DNA from: an uncultured archaeon | Lineage (GTDB): Archaea > Nanohalarchaeota > Nanosalinia > Nanosalinales > Nanosalinaceae | Assembly: GCA_964421955.1 (NCBI GenBank) | Contig: CAYQYU010000008.1 | Location: forward strand, 1 to 46,722 | Reading direction: 5' to 3' | Length of the DNA stretch: 46,722 nucleotides | Shown here: positions 17,015 to 25,274 of the stretch, piece by piece | Numbering within the stretch: the first letter of the stretch is position 1 | How the letters are laid out: each line of letters starts with the position of its first letter | Program-made: the position numbers and the translations under genes | Notes under the pieces: generated by a model | Databases searched by the model: none | Told to the model about the DNA's origin: nothing | What the model saw: only the letters and a program-made list of their open reading frames with translations

Positions 17015-17974
17015 TCAGAAAGCCCGTCTATCTCTCCTCTTAAGACCGGGCGAGAAACGCTTCTCAAGGCGAGAAAGATATTTCTCCGGGATCTTCGCCC
17101 GCTTGTCCGCCTCCAGGACAGGCGCAGGTACAGTATAACGGACGGATGCCTTCATCGAAAGCAGTAGACCGGAAATCCTGTCGGCCTCTCCAGGGTCGCC
17201 GTAAAAATCTATCCTCAGTGGTAAATCCCTCTCGGACAGCTTGACATAGAAGGTGTTGATCCTGTTGACATGCCGGTCCTCCAGCTCCTGTAGAACCGGG
17301 TGTTCTGCTGGCGAGTCCGAGTACCGCCTCACAAAACTCCTCTCCCTCTCATCAAGAATCGCGTCCATGAGAACTGTGTCCCTGATATCACCTATCTCGA
17401 CACCGAGCTTCTCCTCGAGCATTCTCGACAGCTTCAGGCCGTAGGAGTCCTCGACCACGCCCACGAATTTTCCGGAGCCAGCCTTCTCGAACACTTCCGA
17501 GTACTGGTCTATAACCTCGCTGTCTTCAAGATAGCTCGGGACCACTGAGCCGTCCAGAAGCACGATATCCGACAGGTCAAGAGAACGGTCGACCGTGTCT
17601 ATCTCCCTCTCTATCCGCCTGGCCTCGGCGTTTCTTTCCAGGCTTCGGGAGTCCTCGGCCTCGAACACCCGGAAATCCGGCTCCGGGTTTCTGGAGGGAA
17701 TATAGTCGACTTCAAGTGAGCCGCCATAATCAAAAATTGCTGCAACGGCCCTGACCGCTACCACGTCACCGGAGGCGTAGCGCCGCTTCAGAAGCCCTCC
17801 ATCGACACCCGCGACAGTTCCCGGTGCAACCTCTTCCACTTCCTTCGACAGAAATCCTTCCTTAACTGTTGCGTCCTCTTCAATACTGTCGATATCCCGG
17901 AACTTTTCCTCAAGTTCTTCTAGTCTGGAATCCTGTTTAGAAAGTTTTTCGGCAGCTTCACGGATGCTGGCCAT
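17015..17974 (-). CDS. nurA: NurA-family DNA double-strand break repair nuclease
   Basis: AGVDGG, VLLDGS, C-terminal YTVPAPVLEADKRAKI; alternative start 17980. Confidence 0.82.
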   Translation of the reverse strand: MASIREAAEKLSKQDSRLEELEEKFRDIDSIEEDATVKEGFLSKEVEEVAPGTVAGVDGGLLKRRYASGDVVAVRAVAAIFDYGGSLEVDYIPSRNPEPDFRVFEAEDSRSLERNAEARRIEREIDTVDRSLDLSDIVLLDGSVVPSYLEDSEVIDQYSEVFEKAGSGKFVGVVEDSYGLKLSRMLEEKLGVEIGDIRDTVLMDAILDERERSFVRRYSDSPAEHPVLQELEDRHVNRINTFYVKLSERDLPLRIDFYGDPGEADRISGLLLSMKASVRYTVPAPVLEADKRAKIPEKYLSRLEKRFSPGLKRRDRRAF

Positions 17975-18012
17975 AGACATGTATAAGAGCTTTAAACGTT
18001 AAAACGGTGAGT

Positions 18013-18780
18013 ATGGACCTCGACGAGTTCAAGCACTTTTTCTTTGACCTCGACAAGACGCTCTGGAGCTGGGACTCCACGATCATCGGTGCCGAAGATA
18101 CCGTTGACTCGCTGAGGGAGGCCGGTAAAAATGTCTACTTCCACACTGACAATACTCTTCTAACACGGAAGGAGTACGCAAAGAAACTGACTTCTATGGG
18201 GATTCCCGCGGAAGAAGACGACATCATAACTTCTGCCTACGCGGTCGCGAAACACCTTGAGAAGAAGAACGTTACCGAGGTCTACCCGATAGGAGAATCC
18301 GGGCTTATAGATGAACTCGAGGCCCACGATATCAATGTAAGTGAAAACGCGGACATAGTTGTAGCTGGATTTGACAGGCAGTTCAGCTACTCCAAGCTTA
18401 AAAGAGCGATGAAGATTCTCAAGGACGGCGAGCTATACATCTGCTCCACCGAGAAAACTTTCAGGACCTCAAAGGGGGAGCAACCCCACCAGGGGCCGAT
18501 AAACCTCGCACTCAAGGAATTTTCTCCAGCTAAAAACGCGGGTAAGCCAGAACAGATCTTCCAGGACCAGTTCAGGAACTACTTCAGCTACTTCCCCGGA
18601 AGCTCAGTGTTTATTGGTGACCGGCTGGAGGATATTGAAACAGGGAACAAACTGGGTCTGAAGACCGCGGCAGTTATGTCTGGCGACATCGACCGCGATA
18701 AACTTGCCCGGGCGGAAGAAATGCAGAAGCCGGACTACGGAATTTCCTCGCTTGCAAAACTTAGAAGGCGGATTATCTAG
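18013..18780 (+). CDS. HAD-IIA (NagD-like) hydrolase
   Basis: FFDLDKTLW, TDN, GKP, FIGDRLEDIETG. Confidence 0.9.
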   Translation: MDLDEFKHFFFDLDKTLWSWDSTIIGAEDTVDSLREAGKNVYFHTDNTLLTRKEYAKKLTSMGIPAEEDDIITSAYAVAKHLEKKNVTEVYPIGESGLIDELEAHDINVSENADIVVAGFDRQFSYSKLKRAMKILKDGELYICSTEKTFRTSKGEQPHQGPINLALKEFSPAKNAGKPEQIFQDQFRNYFSYFPGSSVFIGDRLEDIETGNKLGLKTAAVMSGDIDRDKLARAEEMQKPDYGISSLAKLRRRII

Positions 18781-19333
18781 AATCCAGCCATTCAACCATC
18801 TTCTCCGCAGCCTTAAGCCGGTGAGAATTCTTCCTCTTGAGAGATGGGTCCTCCGCGAAAGTCTTCTCTGTCCCTTCAGGTATGAAATAACTGTCATAAG
18901 GAAGCTGCGAATGAGGCTCTCCTCTGGCCTCTTTCGGGATTCTACCGTCAACTCTGCCTGTAAAGACCTTTAATTCTTCACCGTTGTAGGCTGCGATGGC
19001 GGTCTCAAAGTACGCTGAACGGTCGTCTTCTTCCTGTAGCAATGGTAGAAGACCCTCCACACCTACAGTTTCACTGAAGAAATAGGCTAGAGAACCTGGA
19101 AAACTGCCGAGAGCGTTAACGAAGAAACCTGTATCATCCACTATCACTGTTTCCTCAGCACCAAGATCCTGGTAGGAGTCGATCACCTTCTGCCTCGCCA
19201 CTTTTTCAGCATCAACTGCCTGTATCTCTTCAACATCAACATCTACCTGCTCCAGCTCGAGGTTATGACGCTTGAAAAGCGGTTTCAACTCCTCAATTTT
19301 CCCCGAGTTGCCTGTGGCGAAGAGAACCTTCAT
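18773..19333 (-). CDS. rdgB: Non-canonical purine NTP pyrophosphatase (HAM1/RdgB)
   Basis: FATGNSGK, VDDTG, FPG, KTFAE, SHR. Confidence 0.93.
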   Translation of the reverse strand: MKVLFATGNSGKIEELKPLFKRHNLELEQVDVDVEEIQAVDAEKVARQKVIDSYQDLGAEETVIVDDTGFFVNALGSFPGSLAYFFSETVGVEGLLPLLQEEDDRSAYFETAIAAYNGEELKVFTGRVDGRIPKEARGEPHSQLPYDSYFIPEGTEKTFAEDPSLKRKNSHRLKAAEKMVEWLDSR

Positions 19334-19388
19334 ATCTTTCAGTGTACCAGTTAGGCTAAAAACTATTCCGGACTCTGCCTATTTTGCA

Positions 19389-20066
19389 ATGTACAAAGGA
19401 AGTACTGAAACCTTCAGGAACGAGATACGGGAGACCGGTCTAGAAGATGTGCTGAAGCAGCAGCGCATCTGGAGTGCGCTTGAAGGGCCTGCTGAAGAAA
19501 GTATTGCTGAAGACCCTAGATGGATAGATTACAGTGAGGGCAAGATACATGTCTTCGGCGAGGAATTAGAGCCACTGCTTGAAGACGAATACATAGGTAT
19601 AAGCCTGCCTTACCTGAACTTCTCAGACTACTCTGAAGGCTTTGCCGATTCAATAATAGAACTTCTAGAGGAAGCTGATTCAACAGAAGACCTAGAGAGC
19701 ATCGGAGAGGTGCTCGCAGTGAACGCTGCTAAAGCGGTTGAACAGGAAATCCATGAATCTGGAACAGGAGGAATACTGCTTCTAAGCTCACTTGAAACCG
19801 AGTATCTGGAGAAATACAACTTCGGCCCTGTACACGAATCAGAGGCAACCGACCTTCCCCCTGAATACGCACCTGAAGATATATTCTACATACGTGTGGA
19901 GGACGGAGAGACTGAAGGAGTTCTAGTTGTCACCAGCGATCCTTTATCAGGGGTTTACTACTTTGGAAACATGCTTCAACATGAGATAGACCGGGCCGAG
20001 CTGAGCCAAGAGGAACTAGACGCTCTTAGCAGAGGCATCGGTAAGGGCGCAGACAGCTATCACTAA
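19389..20066 (+). CDS. Hypothetical acidic protein
   Basis: Open frame from ATG 19389 (MYKGSTETF); no recognisable motif. Confidence 0.7.
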   Translation: MYKGSTETFRNEIRETGLEDVLKQQRIWSALEGPAEESIAEDPRWIDYSEGKIHVFGEELEPLLEDEYIGISLPYLNFSDYSEGFADSIIELLEEADSTEDLESIGEVLAVNAAKAVEQEIHESGTGGILLLSSLETEYLEKYNFGPVHESEATDLPPEYAPEDIFYIRVEDGETEGVLVVTSDPLSGVYYFGNMLQHEIDRAELSQEELDALSRGIGKGADSYH

Positions 20067-20125
20067 AAGCTACTCCAGAAAGGAGTTAAAAAATTCCCGT
20101 CTAAGCACTTTACAGGTGGTTCAAA

Positions 20126-22192
20126 GTCGAGAAAGAAAGAGTTACCGTAACTTCAGCACTTCCATACATCCACGGAGTGCCCCATCTCGGAAACATGGCA
20201 GGGAGTGTACTACCCGCAGAACTCTTACACCGTTACCTGGACATCAGGGGAGTCAAGAATGAGTTTATCTGTGGTGGAGATGTCCACGGGACACCCCTAG
20301 AACTCGAGGCTATCGAGAGAGGTACAACGCCCGAGGAACTCAAGGACGAGCAGAACCAGAAAGTGAAGGAGGCCTATGAGAGCCTGAACGTTGACTTCTC
20401 GATTTTCAGCGATACCCACAGCAAATACAACCGGAGGCAGACCCACGACATGTTTGAAGAGCTTTACTGCAAGGGACTGATCACGGAAAGAGAGCAGACA
20501 ATGCCCTACTGTAGAAATGATGAGAGGTTCCTTCCCGACCGCTATATCGAGGGAGAGTGTCCTCACTGCGGCGGGCTTGCAAGAGGAGACCAGTGCGACG
20601 ACTGCGGAAAACTGGTGGATCCTGAAGAGATAATCGATCCCGAGTGCCAGATCTGTGGCCAGAGCAACATCGAGTTCCGCGATACCACTCACCTCTTTCT
20701 GGACCTGACACACTACAAGGACCGGATAAGAAACTGGGTGGAAGAGGAAGACCCTGTGCCGGAAAACATGAGGAACCAGGTGCTTCACGACCTTGAAGAG
20801 GCGGAAGAGCGGTCGATTACCCGTGACCAGGACTGGGGTTTCAAGGTCCCTGTGGAAAGGGTAAACGAGAGAATAGAGCAAGAGAACCTAAAAGTTGCAA
20901 AGCTCGATCCAGAAACCTACGAGGACAAGGTTCTCTACGTCTGGTTCGATGCGCCTATAGGATACATAGGATTTACACGAGAACTTTTCGATGACGGTGA
21001 GAAATGGAAGGAGCACTGGAACCAGGATGCAGAGGTCTACTACTCCATCGGCAAGGATAACACGATATTCCACACTGTTATCTGGCCGACCATGCTTATC
21101 GGAGCCTCAAACGAAGATATTGAATACAGCCTGCCAAAGTACGAGTTCATCCAGCAGTACCTGATGTGGGAGGAGGGTGCCTTCTCCAAGAGCAGAAACA
21201 GAGGAATCTTCATCGACGAGGCAGTCGAGCACTATCCTGCAGACTACTGGAGGTTCTACCTGTCGAAGATGCTTCCAACGGACCACGACACCAACTTCTC
21301 CTGGCAGGAGTTCGAGGACGCAATTAACAACGTCCTGAACGACACAGTTGGAAACTTCGTCAACCGTACGCTTTCACTCATCGAGAAATGGTTCGACAAC
21401 GAGATACCTGCTGGAGAGCTTGAGCGAAGGGACGAGGAAACTATCCACAGGGCGGAAAAAATAGTTGAGGAGTACGAGGAAGCCTTCGAGGACCACGACC
21501 TGAAAGAAGGTCTGGAGAAAGCCCTGGAGCTCGCGAGGCTGGGCGACCAGTACCTCAGCGAGGAAGAGCCGTGGAATAACGAGGATAGAAGGGACGCAGT
21601 TCTACAGGTCGCGGTCCAGATTGTAAGGGGTCTCGGCGTCCTTCTATACCCCTTCACGCCCGAGACTTCAGAGAAGATCGCGGAGATGCTGGACACGGAG
21701 ATCCACACTGATGAGGGATACGACGAGTTCATCGACCCGCTGCTCGGAGGAATAGAGTCAGGCCACGAACTGGGGGAACGGGAAGTCCTGTTCGAGAAGA
21801 TTGACGTTGAAGATAAAAAAGACAGTAGCGAAGACAAAGGTGAAGTCGAGGGAGTAAAAATGACGGATAGCATAAGCTTCGAGGAATTCCAGGACCTGGA
21901 TATACGCGTCGGTAAAGTCCTGGAAGTCGAGGACCACCCGAACGCGGACAGGCTCTACATCGTACAGATCGATGTCGGAGATGAACAGTTACAGACATGC
22001 GCCGGGCTTAGGAACCACTATGAAAAAGACGAGCTTGAAGACAGAGAGGTAGTAGTTCTCGTGAACCTCGAACCTTCAGAGCTGCGCGGAGAGACAAGCG
22101 AATGCATGATGCTTGCCGCCGAAGACGAGGAAGGAAACGTCTCCCTGCTGACAACTGACGAGGAAATGGCCACTGGAAGCGAGGTCAAGTAA
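20126..22192 (+). CDS. metG: Methionyl-tRNA synthetase with C-terminal tRNA-binding domain; start codon non-canonical or uncertain
   Basis: VTSALPYIHGVPHLGN, Zn knuckles, YVWFDAPIGY, IGKDN, FSKSR, C-terminal Trbp/EMAP domain; the conserved N-terminus extends upstream of the track's GTG 20177. Confidence 0.96.
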   Translation, partial: VEKERVTVTSALPYIHGVPHLGNMAGSVLPAELLHRYLDIRGVKNEFICGGDVHGTPLELEAIERGTTPEELKDEQNQKVKEAYESLNVDFSIFSDTHSKYNRRQTHDMFEELYCKGLITEREQTMPYCRNDERFLPDRYIEGECPHCGGLARGDQCDDCGKLVDPEEIIDPECQICGQSNIEFRDTTHLFLDLTHYKDRIRNWVEEEDPVPENMRNQVLHDLEEAEERSITRDQDWGFKVPVERVNERIEQENLKVAKLDPETYEDKVLYVWFDAPIGYIGFTRELFDDGEKWKEHWNQDAEVYYSIGKDNTIFHTVIWPTMLIGASNEDIEYSLPKYEFIQQYLMWEEGAFSKSRNRGIFIDEAVEHYPADYWRFYLSKMLPTDHDTNFSWQEFEDAINNVLNDTVGNFVNRTLSLIEKWFDNEIPAGELERRDEETIHRAEKIVEEYEEAFEDHDLKEGLEKALELARLGDQYLSEEEPWNNEDRRDAVLQVAVQIVRGLGVLLYPFTPETSEKIAEMLDTEIHTDEGYDEFIDPLLGGIESGHELGEREVLFEKIDVEDKKDSSEDKGEVEGVKMTDSISFEEFQDLDIRVGKVLEVEDHPNADRLYIVQIDVGDEQLQTCAGLRNHYEKDELEDREVVVLVNLEPSELRGETSECMMLAAEDEEGNVSLLTTDEEMATGSEVK

Positions 22193-22194
22193 GT

Positions 22195-22788
22195 TCAGAA
22201 GTTCGAGCTGGTCTCGTTGATCCTTCTCTCTATGTACTGGGACTTGATCCCTTCTTTCTCCATCTGTTCCTCCACTTTAACTGCTATTTCTCTCGCCTTT
22301 TCCCTCTCGCCTGAGTGCCAGAGAACATACGCATCTCCAAGCATATAGAGAAGAACCAGAACCTTTTCCCGGTGCTCCTCCACCTCTTTAAGTCCTGCTG
22401 GACCTCCATAGTTCTTGCGTCCATCAGAAAGGAAAACATGACTCCTGAACTCCCGGGTTTCACCGGTTTCAGGATCCATTCCGCCCTCGTACTCTATCAC
22501 TACCTCGAAACTTTTCTTGAAGTCGAGAGCACCTTTGATTGCGGAGATAGTGGCGAGACCGTTGCAGTTGATGTAGTCTCCCTTGGAGAAATTGTTTATC
22601 GAGTGAACCCTACCTTTACCAGGAGTAGCGGACCGTGTCTTACCTTTAAGGCTCCTGAAGAAGCTTTCGAAATCCTTGTAACGACCTGTAGCTTTACACC
22701 ATTCCTGGATCTCTCCATAAAACTCTTTCTCACTTCCAGGAGAGTACTCCCAGGCAAAGATCGCCTTTATCCAGACCGGAATCTCCAT
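22195..22788 (-). CDS. Hypothetical protein, possible transglutaminase/papain-like Cys-His pair
   Basis: INCNGLA...SHVFL pattern; family assignment weak. Confidence 0.55.
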   Translation of the reverse strand: MEIPVWIKAIFAWEYSPGSEKEFYGEIQEWCKATGRYKDFESFFRSLKGKTRSATPGKGRVHSINNFSKGDYINCNGLATISAIKGALDFKKSFEVVIEYEGGMDPETGETREFRSHVFLSDGRKNYGGPAGLKEVEEHREKVLVLLYMLGDAYVLWHSGEREKAREIAVKVEEQMEKEGIKSQYIERRINETSSNF

Positions 22789-22821
22789 GGAAAGAAATCA
22801 GTGTCTCTAGTTAAAAAGAAG

Positions 22822-23220
22822 TCACCAGTTATACTCTACTTCTGCATAGCCACTTTGATCAGTTAGAACTCGATCAGGAGTGTTGCCTGGTTCCATGTTC
22901 TGCCTCGCCATTTCATAGAGATCTTCACCTGTTACAGCCCCTGAGCGGCTTTCTTCTCCAAGATCCAGGTATCCAGCAACCTCAAGATTAAGGGCCTCGG
23001 AAGTGTATCTTGCGAACAAATCTTCTCCCCAATCAACATCCTGTACCACCCAGAGATCGCCCTCGGAATCGTATCCTATGAAATCTCCCTCGTAGAAAAC
23101 CGATCCTGGAGGCGGGGAGTCATGTACTGCTACATCAGTGTGATGGGGTATCTCGGATACTCTAATATCCGAAACTTCAACTCTATCTATCTCCTTTAAG
23201 CCATCTACTCTCTCAGAAAT
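22822..23220 (-). CDS. Hypothetical acidic protein, probable ATT start
   Basis: Frame stays open 57 codons beyond the track's GTG 23049; GGTGA then 6 nt then ATT TCT GAG (xSERVDGLKE...). Confidence 0.6.
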   Translation of the reverse strand: MSERVDGLKEIDRVEVSDIRVSEIPHHTDVAVHDSPPPGSVFYEGDFIGYDSEGDLWVVQDVDWGEDLFARYTSEALNLEVAGYLDLGEESRSGAVTGEDLYEMARQNMEPGNTPDRVLTDQSGYAEVEYNW

Positions 23221-23243
23221 CTCAAATCACCCTGAAGAATTGT

Positions 23244-23612
23244 TTAGAACGGGGATTTTCCTGAAGCCGCTGTGGGTTTGTCGAGCCTCTCATCACAGAG
23301 ATCCTCAACGCTTGAACCATCCTGGTTCAGGATGCTGAGAGGAGTTTTGTACTCGGAGCCTTCCTCCTCCAGCTTCTCACCAACGTGCTCGGCAACTTCG
23401 AGACCGTCACCGTCGCCCTCGTACACTACCGCGGTCTCAAGCTCTCCGCCACGGAAAGCCCTTACCTGGGTGTATTCAGGGTCAAGAGGAGAACCAATTT
23501 TCTCTTCCTCAATCCTGTATCCATCGATCTCAGTAACTCTCCGGGTTTCATCTCCTTCTACGCTATCTTCCTCTATATCGAGGAACCATTCGGTGTCGTA
23601 TTGATCGCTCAT
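23244..23612 (-). CDS. Hypothetical acidic protein
   Basis: 122 aa with GGTGAGG SD. Confidence 0.75.
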   Translation of the reverse strand: MSDQYDTEWFLDIEEDSVEGDETRRVTEIDGYRIEEEKIGSPLDPEYTQVRAFRGGELETAVVYEGDGDGLEVAEHVGEKLEEEGSEYKTPLSILNQDGSSVEDLCDERLDKPTAASGKSPF

Positions 23613-23731
23613 TTAGCCTCACCTGTATAAATCCTCATCTTCCGGAGTTCAACGTCACGAGCCTCTATATCCTCCCGCAAATCTTCCATTTTCTCCCCCG
23701 CTATACTCTTGTAACATATAACCTCTCTCAT
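23609..23731 (-). CDS. 40-aa small ORF coupled to the downstream gene
   Basis: MREVICYKSIAGEKMEDLREDIEARDVELRKMRIYTGEAK*; ATGA overlap; TTTATA on the minus strand ~25 nt upstream. Confidence 0.5.
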   Translation of the reverse strand: MREVICYKSIAGEKMEDLREDIEARDVELRKMRIYTGEAK

Positions 23732-23801
23732 ATGTTGCTATTACTCAGTAACAATATAAAAGTGTTTCGGTGGGGTGAGCTTCGTTAATTTATTCTGTTA
23801 T

Positions 23802-24146
23802 CTAAACCGCTGGTTTAGGAGTCCTTTCTCCCGGTTCTTCGAGTTTCTGGATTATGGCTTCGGCCATCTTGTCGGGGTCCTGGCGTTCCTCTTCATCCAG
23901 TTCGAACTCTATTCGGAGAGGTTCTTCGTCACTCCATCTTCTCTCCTCTTCCTGCACTACCTCATCGTACCGGTCTACAGCAACGTAACGGGCTGTGAGG
24001 CTCTGGTTTCCGAGCAGGGAGACCTGGAAGTAGTACGGGCCTTCGTCATAGCTCAGGTCTCCGTTTCTGTCATAGAGTTCTATGTCCGCCCGGGTTATGA
24101 TTCTGCCGCTTCTGTCGATTTTGTCGTCGCTCCAGTAGCTGTCCAC
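23802..24146 (-). CDS. Hypothetical acidic protein
   Basis: Leaderless GTG 24146 about 25 nt below a TTTATA; the longer track ORF overlaps the next gene. Confidence 0.6.
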   Translation of the reverse strand: MDSYWSDDKIDRSGRIITRADIELYDRNGDLSYDEGPYYFQVSLLGNQSLTARYVAVDRYDEVVQEEERRWSDEEPLRIEFELDEEERQDPDKMAEAIIQKLEEPGERTPKPAV

Positions 24147-24228
24147 AGACAAGTTTCTGTCTCTCCTGGATATAAATCTGTGGAGCAGATGATATGGCTT
24201 TTTGTATATTAGTCCAGGCTTTACAGGT

Positions 24229-25011
24229 ATGAAACTCAAGTTTCTCGGGACAGGTGGTGGACGGTATGTCACCGGGATGCAGAGAAGGAAGACTGCAGGA
24301 ATAATAGTCAAAACAGACGAGGCGCAGCTACACGTCGATCCCGGGCCCGGAGCGCTGGTTCACAGCCACAAAATTGCAGAACCCGAAAAGACCGGGGCGG
24401 TTGTAGTATCCCACGGCCACCTCGACCATTCAAGCGATGCGGAGGCGCTCATAGAGATGATGACCGAGGCCTACGATCATCCGGGAGCAGTGTTTGCAAA
24501 CGAAACATGCCTGAAGGGATACAGCGACATCGAGAAGTCCGTCTCAAACTACCACCAGGGCCTTTGCGCGGAAGTAGAGCAGCTTGAAGACGGAGAAGAA
24601 TACGAGTTCAAAGATGTCCGGATAAAGTCGCAGGAGATGTTCCACCGCGACCCCAAGACACAGGGCTTCATTCTTGAGAGCGATGGAAAAAAGGTGGGCT
24701 TCTGGACCGACTCCGAGTTCTCGGAGGAACTGCTCGACTTCTACAGCGGGGTTGACACGATGGTGATCTTCTGCAACCGGCCGAAAAACGACGGACATGG
24801 CGGGCACACCTCACTTGACGATGTTCCAAAAATCCTGAAATCCGCGGATCCCGGGACCGTCATCATCACCCATTTCGGCTACAAGTTTCTCGACTCCGAC
24901 CTAGAAGAGCAGAAAGAATGGCTGGAAGAGAAAGTCGATGCAAAGGTTGTATTTGCCGAGGACGGCATGGAGTTCCCGGGCGACGCAAAGCTGTCAAGGT
25001 TCGCGTCCTAG
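24229..25011 (+). CDS. MBL-fold metallo-hydrolase (MJ1163/RNase Z-like group)
   Basis: FLGTGGGR, VDPGPG, SHGHLDHSSD, H, D, THFG. Confidence 0.9.
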   Translation: MKLKFLGTGGGRYVTGMQRRKTAGIIVKTDEAQLHVDPGPGALVHSHKIAEPEKTGAVVVSHGHLDHSSDAEALIEMMTEAYDHPGAVFANETCLKGYSDIEKSVSNYHQGLCAEVEQLEDGEEYEFKDVRIKSQEMFHRDPKTQGFILESDGKKVGFWTDSEFSEELLDFYSGVDTMVIFCNRPKNDGHGGHTSLDDVPKILKSADPGTVIITHFGYKFLDSDLEEQKEWLEEKVDAKVVFAEDGMEFPGDAKLSRFAS

Positions 25012-25074
25012 AGCAGTTTTCCACCGGACTTCTAGAGCTATAATTTTAAAAGAATCGCCAGGTAGAGGAAGAAT

Positions 25075-25274
25075 ATGAGCCTTTCAACTCGAACCAAGGG
25101 TGGCCGTTTTGTACGGCCGGAAAGGAACTCTTACATCTAGAGTTACCAGTTTTTCCAGTCCATTCTCGGGTGAATCACAGATAATGAAATCTAGCGCCGA
25201 AGAACCAGTTTTGACGCTGCAGAAAACCAATTTAAGAATCACAGTTTCAGCCCCATTTTAAGAGGAAGATCGAA
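25075..25274 (+). promoter_or_regulatory. Long structured 5' leader of valS containing a 21-codon uORF (25075-25140)
   Basis: TTTTAAAA at 25044-51; stems CCTTTC/GAAAGG and GGCCGT/ACGGCC; uORF MSLSTRTKGGRFVRPERNSYI*. Confidence 0.45.

Noticed and set aside
19272-19388. N-terminal extension of the 264-aa ORF
   Set aside because: Overlaps the divergent rdgB start; ATG 19389 is more plausible.
22195-24146. Provirus or transposon
   Set aside because: No integrase, transposase, capsid or packaging ATPase motifs, and no flanking repeats.
24147-24311. N-terminal extension of the 169-aa minus ORF
   Set aside because: Overlaps the MBL hydrolase gene; a TATA-spaced GTG at 24146 explains the acidic part.
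25091-25110. Canonical T-box riboswitch
   Set aside because: Lacks the UGGNACC bulge, an upstream Stem I/specifier and a terminator; kept only as an unexplained leader.
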